From positions 2,875 to 66,874 of the forward strand of contig JAIFLR010000067.1 of the NCBI GenBank assembly GCA_020048985.1: a stretch of DNA of 64,000 bases. The letters run 5' to 3'. Positions 48,357 to 56,161 of the stretch are shown in pieces. The notes under the pieces were generated by a model that searched no databases, was not told the origin of the DNA, and was given only the letters and a program-made list of their open reading frames with translations. Position 1 is the stretch's first letter, and every line of letters begins with the position of its first letter. This DNA is from Halobacteriovorax sp. (lineage in GTDB: Bacteria > Bdellovibrionota > Bacteriovoracia > Bacteriovoracales > Bacteriovoracaceae). Both the position numbers and the translations under genes were made by a program.

Positions 48357-50207
48357 TTAAAGCGCCTTGGCCGCAACGACTGCTAAAGTAGCAGGGCGAA
48401 TCCCATCAATGAGTTTTAGTTGTCCAAACGTTTCAGGTCGGATGCGAGCGATTCGCTGACGACATTCAAAAGAAATATTGGTGGAAGCGTAAATACTTTC
48501 CCAATCTATGTGCATTCCATCCATTTTCTTTAATTTTTCATACTGAGACTCTGATCTCTTGATATATCCGTCATATTTCTTGGAAATGGCCACAGTTCGC
48601 ACGAGGTCGCTTTGGATAGTCAACCCATGGTAACCTACCACTCTCTCAAGCGTAGAAATAGGATTTAACCAGGCTTGCTTCAAAATTTCAGTAACACTCA
48701 TTCTGCGATTCAATTGTTGAAGCTCTCCGACTCCAGCAAATTCACTCATCAAGGGACAATATTCTGGAATCATAGTTTCATCACAGAAATCAGTCAGCAC
48801 CTGATAACTTTCCAAGAACTTTCTCTGATAAGAATCCAGTGGAGTATTTAGTAGAAACTGGGCGCGATAAGGAAACATCCGCAAAAGGGAGTTATCCTCA
48901 CGAATGAAAAGTCTATTCTCCGAGCGTGCAGTAAATAAACGGTATGGCTCGTCTCGAGTATTGGAGGTTAAATCCTCTATCATGACCCCGATATAACTTT
49001 CGTGCCTACTCATTATCAGAGGATCAAGGCCTAAAAGGTTTAAAGCGGCATTGGCGCCAGCAATAAAGCCCTGTCCAGCCGCCTCTTCGTAGCCGGAAGT
49101 ACCATTGACCTGGCCTGCAAAGTATAGATTTGGGATCTGAATATGCTCTAGCGTGAGTTTTAAATCAGTAGTGTCTATAACATCGTATTCAACTGCGTAG
49201 CCAAAGACTTTAATCTCGGCTTTTTCTAAGCCCTCGATGGAGCGGACATACATTTCCTGCACTTCTCTAGGCAAAGAAGAGGAAATTCCCGAAGGATACA
49301 TGGTATCAAGCTCTAAACCTTCCGGCTCAATAAACACGTGGTGAATATTTTTGTCCGGATAGCGATAGGCCTTATCTTCAATGGAAGGACAATAGCGAGC
49401 ACCCACCCCTTTAATCTGCCCATTAAACATCGGGCTTTTTTCTTTGTTCGCGCGGATAATTTCCATGGTTTCAGGGTTGGTTTTAGCTAGAAAACAAGAA
49501 ACCTGTCTTGAGTATCTTTCGTAAGGGCTATGCAAGCAGTGAAAGTTTCTCACCGTCGAATCTGAAGGTTGCTCTTCGAGCTTAGAATAATCGATGGTCG
49601 CTTTATCTAATCTCGGGGGAGTTCCTGTCTTAAAACGATAAGGTCTAGTCTTAATGTCGCTAAAGAGTGTGGTTAAACCGTTAGAAGGTTCACAATCGAC
49701 TCTTCCGCCGCTGGCCTGATGAGATCCGGTATGGAGCTTTCCATTAAGGAATGTTCCTACCGTCATAATGATTTTTTTGGTTCTATAGGACCGCTCGGTG
49801 GTAATGACCTCGAAGAAACTTTCACCCGGCTTGATCTCTAAGACCTTCTCTCGAATGACTGAAATATTAGCAACCGTGGCGATGAGTTCTTCAGCTTTTT
49901 GAGAGTAAAGATCTTTATCGATCTGGACTCGACTGGATTGGACAGCGAAGCCTTTAGAGTCGTTCAGTGTACGGAATTGAATACCCGCCTTGTCTGCGAG
50001 AATCCCCATTAAACCGCCAAGAGCATCAAGCTCACGAACAACTTGTCCTTTCCCTACTCCGCCAACGGAGGGGTTGCAGGGAGCTGAACCGAGACCGATG
50101 CCTGGCATGGTAATGATTGAAACATTCAACCCAAACTGGGCTGCGATATGGGCCGCCTCTATTCCAGCGTGTCCGCCACCGACAATGATAATGTCAAAAG
50201 TTTGCAT
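48357..50207 (-). CDS. mnmG: tRNA uridine-5-carboxymethylaminomethyl modification enzyme MnmG (GidA)
   Basis: FDIIIVGGGHAGIEAA FAD motif directly after ATG 50207 (GAGGA RBS upstream). The track start 50252 is a TTG and reads through parS. Confidence 0.93.
   Translation of the reverse strand: MQTFDIIIVGGGHAGIEAAHIAAQFGLNVSIITMPGIGLGSAPCNPSVGGVGKGQVVRELDALGGLMGILADKAGIQFRTLNDSKGFAVQSSRVQIDKDLYSQKAEELIATVANISVIREKVLEIKPGESFFEVITTERSYRTKKIIMTVGTFLNGKLHTGSHQASGGRVDCEPSNGLTTLFSDIKTRPYRFKTGTPPRLDKATIDYSKLEEQPSDSTVRNFHCLHSPYERYSRQVSCFLAKTNPETMEIIRANKEKSPMFNGQIKGVGARYCPSIEDKAYRYPDKNIHHVFIEPEGLELDTMYPSGISSSLPREVQEMYVRSIEGLEKAEIKVFGYAVEYDVIDTTDLKLTLEHIQIPNLYFAGQVNGTSGYEEAAGQGFIAGANAALNLLGLDPLIMSRHESYIGVMIEDLTSNTRDEPYRLFTARSENRLFIREDNSLLRMFPYRAQFLLNTPLDSYQRKFLESYQVLTDFCDETMIPEYCPLMSEFAGVGELQQLNRRMSVTEILKQAWLNPISTLERVVGYHGLTIQSDLVRTVAISKKYDGYIKRSESQYEKLKKMDGMHIDWESIYASTNISFECRQRIARIRPETFGQLKLIDGIRPATLAVVAAKAL
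49778..49793. repeat. 16-bp palindrome family, site 3: TGGTTCTATAGGACCG (inside mnmG, codons RSYRTK)
   Basis: Read directly. Its reading frame differs from the PIE-coding copies. Confidence 0.8.
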
Positions 50208-50223
50208 TTGATCCTCATCAAAA

Positions 50224-50239
50224 TGTTCCACGTGGAACA
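50224..50239. other. parS: parS centromere site, perfect palindrome TGTTCCACGTGGAACA
   Basis: Read directly. It lies 2 nt downstream of the mnmE stop and upstream of the likely mnmG start. If translated it would read FHVEH. Confidence 0.9.
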
Positions 50240-50241
50240 TT

Positions 50242-51609
50242 CTATTTTCCAATACAGAAGTTTGAAAAAATAGAATTTAAGATTTGATCAGGGGAAACTA
50301 TACCTAGGAGTTCTGATAGTAAAGCGGCTAAGGTATTTAATTCATGGGAGATGATGGCAACATCAGTCTCGCAAGTGCTTAATTTTACGTAATTATCGAG
50401 TTCTTTACTTATCTGAGATATCAATAATTTATGTCGATCCAACAAAATAGGTTTATCTTTGGTTAGGTCTAAGTATTTTATATTTATAGACTGATTGAGA
50501 ACCTCTTCAAAGACGGCTTCTTCATGCAATAAATCAACTGCCCCTGTAGGACCAAATTGCGGGTAGCGCTCCAAAACCTGGGAGTGGGCTTCAGTAAATC
50601 CTGGAAGATCCTTATGAGTAAAAAAAACGGCATCAAAATGGAGTTTCGCTAATTCCGAAAACTCCTCACGCATCTCGAACGGATTAATTAAGAGAATAGA
50701 GAAAAAACTATGTTGCATCTTTTTCTTAGTACGCTTAATTCCCTCAGCTTCAATCAAGTCAGTCGCTTCACGGATTCCCGCAGTATCAATCAATTTATAT
50801 TTAACACCCTCAATGACAACACTCTCTGAAAGATAATCGCGGGTAGTTCCAGCAATTGCAGAAACAATAGCACGCTCCTCTCTAAGCAAGTGGTTAAAGA
50901 GGGAGCTTTTACCAGAGTTAGGAAGCCCGGCCAATACAATCTCAGGTTGAAGGAGGTTATGATCCATAGGAATTACACGTCGGTGAAGTGAATCAAACTT
51001 TTTCTTAAAATCTAAAAGGGAAGATTCGAAATAACTCTTAGCGGTCTCTTCCCCTACGTCGTCACCAAAATCGATGGATAACTCGAGTGCTGATTTATGT
51101 TTGAGAAAAAGGTCATAAAGTTCAGAATAAATTTCCTGCAAATTTCCACTAAGAAGGGAGAGACCCTGATCAAGAGCATAACCTGAATTAGCGTTAAGAA
51201 ATAAGTCGAGGCCTTCCACTTGTGAGAGAGTGAGTTTTTTATTTTTTAAGGCCCTGTATGTGAACTCACCAGGTGAGGCCAGACGACAATTGGCATTCTC
51301 AATAAAAAATTTAAGGATTCGTTCTGTGTTGAGAGTGTTTCCATGGATGGAAAGTTCAAGAATATTTTCGCCATTATAACTTTTTGGACCCTCAAAAAAT
51401 GTGAGGCAAACATCATCCAAGACTTCATCAGAAGACTTCAATTGGGTGTAATAAACTCGACGTGGTTCTATAGGACCAGAATGACTAAAAAAGGGTGAAA
51501 ACGACCCTAAGTCCCTGAAACCAGATATTCGGAGAACCGCCAAAGCTGCGTTAGCATGATTACATGTACTGCAAGCAATGATCGGCTCTTCCGAATAAAG
51601 AAACTTCAT
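50242..51609 (-). CDS. mnmE: tRNA modification GTPase MnmE (TrmE)
   Basis: GLPNSGKSSLFN G1 motif, DTAGIRE G3 motif, and C-terminal FCIGK. Confidence 0.93.
   Translation of the reverse strand: MKFLYSEEPIIACSTCNHANAALAVLRISGFRDLGSFSPFFSHSGPIEPRRVYYTQLKSSDEVLDDVCLTFFEGPKSYNGENILELSIHGNTLNTERILKFFIENANCRLASPGEFTYRALKNKKLTLSQVEGLDLFLNANSGYALDQGLSLLSGNLQEIYSELYDLFLKHKSALELSIDFGDDVGEETAKSYFESSLLDFKKKFDSLHRRVIPMDHNLLQPEIVLAGLPNSGKSSLFNHLLREERAIVSAIAGTTRDYLSESVVIEGVKYKLIDTAGIREATDLIEAEGIKRTKKKMQHSFFSILLINPFEMREEFSELAKLHFDAVFFTHKDLPGFTEAHSQVLERYPQFGPTGAVDLLHEEAVFEEVLNQSINIKYLDLTKDKPILLDRHKLLISQISKELDNYVKLSTCETDVAIISHELNTLAALLSELLGIVSPDQILNSIFSNFCIGK
50539..50554. repeat. 16-bp palindrome family, site 4 (one core mismatch): TGCCCCTGTAGGACCA (inside mnmE, codons GPTGA)
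   Basis: Read directly. Preceded by AC, like the rc of the ...GGGGCAGT copies. Confidence 0.65.
51463..51478. repeat. 16-bp palindrome family, site 5: TGGTTCTATAGGACCA (inside mnmE, codons SGPIEP)
   Basis: Read directly. The 19-nt string 51463-51481 is identical to 52884-52902. Confidence 0.85.
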
Positions 51610-53066
51610 ACCACAACAGGGTCTGAGCTTTTCTTAGCGTTGAAAACAAGAACCTGTTGAAGAATTCCAAGAACAGTTGAGACAAAAATATATAAGCTGA
51701 GTCCAGATGGGAGATCTTTCATGATGAAACCGAATATTAGCGGCATAAACATCATTACTTTTTTCTGAACAGGGTCCGAAATTGTATTTGGTGTGAGTTT
51801 CTGCTGGAGAAACATCGCTCCAGTCATTAGAACCGGAAGCACATAGTAAGGATCTTTATTAGAAAGATCTCCAATCCAAAGCATGAATGGAGCACCTACT
51901 AATTCAACCGAGTGATTCAGCACTTTATAGAAGGCAAAAAAGACTGGCATCTGAAGAATGAGCGGAAGACATCCACCGATTGGATTTGCCCCAGATTTCT
52001 TGAAAAGTTCCATGCTTTCTTTTTGCATTCTCTGAGGATCGTCTTTAAATTTCTCGCGGATCTTAGTGAGTTCCGGCTGAACTTCCTGAAGCTTCTTCAT
52101 CGATTTAATAGACTTGTACTGAAGAGGAAAAGTAATCATTCGGATGAGAAACGTGAGAAGGATAATTGAAATACCGTAGTTCGGAAACCATGTGAAAAAG
52201 TACTGAAGACCTTTCAAAATCCAGACAGCAAAAAATCCCCAGACACCAAAATCTACTGAGTTTTGAAGTTTATGCCCAAGGCTCGCCAGGTAATCATAAT
52301 CTTTTTTAACGTAAACAACGTTAAAACTCACAGCATTTTCAGACTTGTTTGAATGAATTGAAAGAATCGAATTGAGTGTGTTTTTGTAAATGAGGTTAGT
52401 CTCTTTTTCGAAATAAAGTCCGAAAAGGTGATAATTAAAATCAATACCCGCCCATTTGATCGCCTGATCTTTTGAATCCTCATCATTGATATCCAAATGA
52501 GCTAATGAATCAGTATAGATGTCAAAGAAACGCTGTTGACCGTTCTCTAGCTTTTTAGCTTCACTAGCGAATTGTAAACGATAACGAAATGGCTTTGGAG
52601 AAGTGACATTAAATGTTGCTACCCCTTTCTCATTCAGGACCGTTGTAACAGTCAATTCATGGGCAGCATCGAAGAATGTATTATCGGCTGACTGAACCAG
52701 GTTCACGCTTTCAAAACCTTTACCAAAATCGAAATCAACTTTTAGAGGTTTTTCTGAACCAACAGTTTCTTTAAACGCAAAAGCTGCCTGGGGATTAGTA
52801 AAATCATTAATATTGAGAGAATTATCAAAAGTGACTGATACTTCCCCACGATTTAGGGTGAAATTAGAAGCCGCCACCACCACTGGTTCTATAGGACCAG
52901 AAGCCGGAGTCGTATCAACTTTCCCGCCCCGCTCGGCCTGAGTCGATATCGGTGCCTCTATAGGGGCAGTTGTTGGTTTTGGTGGAGCAAAAAAGTACTG
53001 CCACCCAAATAGAATGAGGGCAGATAAAGAGATTGCTAGAAAGGCGTTTTTTTGATCAGAACCCAT
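51606..53066 (-). CDS. yidC: membrane protein insertase YidC
   Basis: 486 aa with N-terminal TM, a periplasmic domain, and the C-terminal 5-TM core (GISIILLTFLIRMITFPL...GCLPLILQMPVFFAFY). Confidence 0.92.
   Translation of the reverse strand: MGSDQKNAFLAISLSALILFGWQYFFAPPKPTTAPIEAPISTQAERGGKVDTTPASGPIEPVVVAASNFTLNRGEVSVTFDNSLNINDFTNPQAAFAFKETVGSEKPLKVDFDFGKGFESVNLVQSADNTFFDAAHELTVTTVLNEKGVATFNVTSPKPFRYRLQFASEAKKLENGQQRFFDIYTDSLAHLDINDEDSKDQAIKWAGIDFNYHLFGLYFEKETNLIYKNTLNSILSIHSNKSENAVSFNVVYVKKDYDYLASLGHKLQNSVDFGVWGFFAVWILKGLQYFFTWFPNYGISIILLTFLIRMITFPLQYKSIKSMKKLQEVQPELTKIREKFKDDPQRMQKESMELFKKSGANPIGGCLPLILQMPVFFAFYKVLNHSVELVGAPFMLWIGDLSNKDPYYVLPVLMTGAMFLQQKLTPNTISDPVQKKVMMFMPLIFGFIMKDLPSGLSLYIFVSTVLGILQQVLVFNAKKSSDPVVV
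52884..52899. repeat. 16-bp palindrome family, site 6: TGGTTCTATAGGACCA (inside yidC 5' region, codons SGPIEP)
   Basis: Read directly. Confidence 0.85.
52953..52968. repeat. 16-bp palindrome family, site 7: TGCCTCTATAGGGGCA (inside yidC 5' region, codons TAPIEA)
   Basis: Read directly. It lies 69 bp from site 6. Confidence 0.8.
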
Positions 53067-53090
53067 TTTTACTCCAATAAAGACAAGGGA

Positions 53091-53300
53091 TTAGGGCACA
53101 GGATCTACCCCTCCCGGATGATACGGATGACACTTACAAATTCGCTTGCATGAATACCACAAAGCTTTAGGGAAAGAAAACTTTCTAAAGCATTCGTGTG
53201 AATATTGAGAGCAAGAAGGATAGAAGCGGCAACGAGGTCCAAGAAGTGGGGAGATGAAATACTTATAAAAGCGAATGAAGAGAACCGCTAGCCAATTCAT
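53091..53300 (-). CDS. yidD: membrane protein insertion efficiency factor YidD
   Basis: 69 aa with [10 protein letters not shown] and HPGGVDPVP motifs. Confidence 0.9.
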   Translation of the reverse strand: MNWLAVLFIRFYKYFISPLLGPRCRFYPSCSQYSHECFRKFSFPKALWYSCKRICKCHPYHPGGVDPVP

Positions 53301-53656
53301 TTCGCACTGCAGATATAGTTCGTAACCTTATTAAAAGCATGAAGAAGCTGCTCTTCACTATCCGGCGTCTTAATAATCACAAACATCATGTCCAAAGGCT
53401 TATGCCGGATTTGGGGATGGAGGCGGAACGCCTCTTTCAAAAGCCGCTTATAGCGATTACGTTCATGAGATTTGCCAATTTTGCGGGAAACACTTAGGGC
53501 GAAACGAGCCGTCAGACTTTGGATGTTAGACGGTTTATAGAAACAAACCAACGGATGAGCAAAGCCTCGTTGGCTCTGCTCACGTAGGTATTCGAAATCT
53601 TTTTTCTGGGTCAGTTTGAGAGATTTAGGTAAGCCGAATTCTACAGGAACTGACAT
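53297..53656 (-). CDS. rnpA: RNase P protein component
   Basis: 119 aa, basic, directly downstream of rpmH. RNR-like motif [23 protein letters not shown]. Confidence 0.88.
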   Translation of the reverse strand: MSVPVEFGLPKSLKLTQKKDFEYLREQSQRGFAHPLVCFYKPSNIQSLTARFALSVSRKIGKSHERNRYKRLLKEAFRLHPQIRHKPLDMMFVIIKTPDSEEQLLHAFNKVTNYICSAK

Positions 53657-53666
53657 CCATCACTAC

Positions 53667-53825
53667 TTACTTAACGCCGGTAGAAACAGTAAGGCTCTTA
53701 CGCCCTTTAGCACGACGACGGCCAATTACTTTCTTCCCGCCAACCGAAGACATTCTCTTAAGGAACCCGTGATCACGAAGTCTCTTAGTTTTCTTAGGTT
53801 GCCACGTTCTTTTTTGCATACTCAT
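53667..53825 (-). CDS. rpmH: 50S ribosomal protein L34 (below the ORF-track length cutoff)
   Basis: Hand translation gives [52 protein letters not shown], which matches the L34 pattern ...KRT.QP...KR...HGF..RM....G..V...RR.KGRK.L. Confidence 0.9.
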   Translation of the reverse strand: MSMQKRTWQPKKTKRLRDHGFLKRMSSVGGKKVIGRRRAKGRKSLTVSTGVK

Positions 53826-54021
53826 ATATTCTTCCTCGAAAAGGTACTTTGCTTGATTTGGGAAACAATTATCTACGGTAAAAGTGTAATGGAGTCAATA
53901 ATATTTATAAAACAAAGCGTTAGAGTAAGGTCTTGTAAGAGGCCAGTGATTGAAATTCATTTTTGGGAGTGTTACTTCATTCGAACTTTTTAAATATAAC
54001 TCAATCAAATTTGTAGGATCA

Positions 54022-55626
54022 ATGACACAAAAGTTTCCATTTGATCATTTTCTTAAGCTCGATAACCTTAACGACGTGCAGCCAGCTCTCCAAAAGACTG
54101 AAATGCCTGTTTCACCCGTTATAATAGAGCAAACCCTGAAGTCGATATCGACTTCTCAGCCAAAACTGGCCCCTGAATTTTCCTCAGAAGAATTAAAGAC
54201 TATTACTGAAGCCGTTCTTGAGCATATTAAAAGCCTGATTAATCCCAATAAGTTTCATGCTTATTTTTCAAATACCCTGACAGTTTCGGCGATTAGCCCG
54301 GACGCTGTTGAGTTCGTAGTGACCACCAGCTTTATCAAAAAAATGGTGGAGACTCATTACCAGGATACTATCAAGCAAGCGCTGGTGGAGATCCTAGGGA
54401 AAGAGTACCAGCTGGTTATTCAGGTATTGGGTTCAAATGCTTCGATGAGCTCTAACGAAGGTAACATCCTAAATTCTATTAAGCCGGAAAAGAAAACTGA
54501 TGCTCCCAAGGTAAATTCATTTTTTATTCAGGATCTAACTCATACCAAAGATGATCTTTATAAAGCTGTAGACTCCCAAGTAATTGAGCACATGTCGTCC
54601 CCTGCTCCTTCGCAAATTGATACCCAAAAAACTTTTGAGAATTTCATCATTGGGCCTTCAAATAATATTGCCCATGCTTTGGCCATGGCAGTGGCAAAAG
54701 ACCCGGGAAAAACTTATCCCGCGCTGTATGTCTACGGAAACTCAGGCTTAGGAAAGACTCATTTAGTGCATGCAATTGCTAACTGCATTCAAAACAATAA
54801 ACCAAGTTCACGTATTTCAATAACGTCTGCCAATAAATTCATGAATGAAATGATCCAGGCGATGCAAGGCCAAAAGTTCACTGAATTCAGACAAAAGTAC
54901 GTCGAGAAAACCGATGTTTTAATTATTGATGATATCCACGAATTGAAGAATAGAACGGGAACACAAGATCAGTTTTTCCATATTTTCAACGAACTCATGG
55001 AAAGAGGAAAACAACTTGTTTTTACCTCTGATAAACCGCCTAAAGAAATTGATGGGATTGAAGACAGAATCAGAACCAGACTTTCTTCTGCGCTTCCAGT
55101 TGAAGTTCAGCAGCCAGATCTTGAAACAAGAATCGCTATTTTGAAAAAGAAAGCTATCGAAAAAGATATCTATCTAAGCGATGACGTAGTTAATCTTATT
55201 GCTAAATGCGTAAAGAGCAATATTCGTGAACTAGAAGGCTGCTTGATCAAGCTCGGTGCAGTGACTTCAATCCTTAAGGTTGATATCGATCTAGAGGTGG
55301 CCAAAGAGCATTTGAACCTAAATGAAGAGCTTGAGAACCAAAAGCACATAACAATTGAGACGATCACTAAGACCGTTTGTAACTACTTCAAAATTCCTCT
55401 TGGTGACCTTCGCGGTAAGTCTAAAACCAAAGAAGTGGCCTTGCCTCGCCAAGTATCTATGTACCTCATTAATAAGCTCATAAAGCCTACTTTAAAGGAC
55501 AATGGGCAGTATTTCGGTGGTCGAGACCACTCTACTGTTCTTCATGCCATAAATACCATCCGTGATAGAATTAAGCTTGATTCACAACTGGCCCAGCAAG
55601 TACTGGATATAGAAAAACAGCTCTAG
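54022..55626 (+). CDS. dnaA: chromosomal replication initiator DnaA
   Basis: GNSGLGKTHL Walker A, IIDDIH box, and C-terminal DNA-binding helix (RQVSMYL...GGRDHSTVLHA). ATG 54022 is preferred over TTG 53950. The domain I-II region (~200 aa) is longer than in E. coli. Confidence 0.95.
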   Translation: MTQKFPFDHFLKLDNLNDVQPALQKTEMPVSPVIIEQTLKSISTSQPKLAPEFSSEELKTITEAVLEHIKSLINPNKFHAYFSNTLTVSAISPDAVEFVVTTSFIKKMVETHYQDTIKQALVEILGKEYQLVIQVLGSNASMSSNEGNILNSIKPEKKTDAPKVNSFFIQDLTHTKDDLYKAVDSQVIEHMSSPAPSQIDTQKTFENFIIGPSNNIAHALAMAVAKDPGKTYPALYVYGNSGLGKTHLVHAIANCIQNNKPSSRISITSANKFMNEMIQAMQGQKFTEFRQKYVEKTDVLIIDDIHELKNRTGTQDQFFHIFNELMERGKQLVFTSDKPPKEIDGIEDRIRTRLSSALPVEVQQPDLETRIAILKKKAIEKDIYLSDDVVNLIAKCVKSNIRELEGCLIKLGAVTSILKVDIDLEVAKEHLNLNEELENQKHITIETITKTVCNYFKIPLGDLRGKSKTKEVALPRQVSMYLINKLIKPTLKDNGQYFGGRDHSTVLHAINTIRDRIKLDSQLAQQVLDIEKQL

Positions 55627-55770
55627 TTTTCAGTTTCAACATTTTAAACAACATCAACATACGTTTATCACCACCGGATTAGTCTGGTGGTGGTGACTAG
55701 TCAGCATTTTTAGCCCCAAAAAAGTCCCTATTAACAATTAAATGTTTGGAAAATTGAACCAACACTAAAA

Positions 55771-55969
55771 CCATCCACATTGTTGAACAAAATGTGGGTA
55801 AAAAGAGAGTTAACGTTAAGTGCTTAAATAAAAAGATCGCAAAAAACACTGACTCAAGGCGCTACTAAAATATATTTAAATAAATGTGTGGATGAAAGGC
55901 GAATTACACACTGACCAAACCTAGATATACGCACGATAAAAAATAGTTAATTGAGGCAGGCGTGGATGA
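55771..55969. promoter_or_regulatory. cluster of DnaA-box-like 9-mers
   Basis: CCATCCACA (55771-79), TGTGGGTAA (55793-801), TGTGGATGA (55887-95) and CGTGGATGA (55961-69), each 1-2 mismatches from TTATCCACA/TGTGGATAA. Three share GTGGATG. Confidence 0.5.
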
Positions 55970-56040
55970 ATTGGCAGAAAAACCTACCTAAAGCCTCTGA
56001 ATTATTAAATGACCCGAAATCTGTAAACATTGTCCGCGCT

Positions 56041-56070
56041 TAATATTATAAGAATATATATAAAAACTAT
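56041..56070. other. AT-rich tract, candidate DNA unwinding element
   Basis: taatattataagaatatatataaaaactat is almost pure A/T and lies between the DnaA boxes and dnaN. Confidence 0.4.
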
Positions 56071-56089
56071 AAGAAGAAGAGAAAGGAAA

Positions 56090-56105
56090 TGGTCCTATGG
56101 GGGCA
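56090..56105. repeat. 16-bp palindrome family, site 8 (one core mismatch): TGGTCCTATGGGGGCA (non-coding, inside putative oriC)
   Basis: Read directly. 14/16 identical to the parB copy TGGTTCTATAGGGGCA. It ends 56 nt before the dnaN ATG. Confidence 0.6.
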
Positions 56106-56161
56106 CTTGATAAAACGACCTGTAGAAGTTAAAACCATAAAACCGCTTCTAAGGATTAAAA

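Larger units (their letters stand above)
55627..56161. other. oriC: putative oriC (dnaA-dnaN intergenic region)
   Basis: 535-bp non-coding spacer with clustered DnaA-box-like 9-mers and an AT-rich tract. Gene strand bias switches from minus to plus at 53.8-54.0 kb. Confidence 0.6.

Noticed and set aside
53616-53993. 125-aa plus-strand ORF spanning the rnpA start, rpmH and the dnaA upstream region
   Set aside because: It is antisense to rpmH, whose translation is an unmistakable L34.
55665-55693. TTATCACCA as a DnaA box, and the hairpin CACCACCGG-ATTAGT-CTGGTGGTG after dnaA
   Set aside because: The 9-mer has two central mismatches. The hairpin lacks a following T-run, so I do not call it a terminator with confidence. 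It may still be a structural element of the ori region.
56089-56161. Short ORF starting at ATG 56089 (MVLWGHLIKRP...) upstream of and overlapping the dnaN start
   Set aside because: It is shorter than 60 aa and its RBS spacing is too short. It overlaps the palindrome copy and reads out of frame into dnaN, so it is most likely non-coding.
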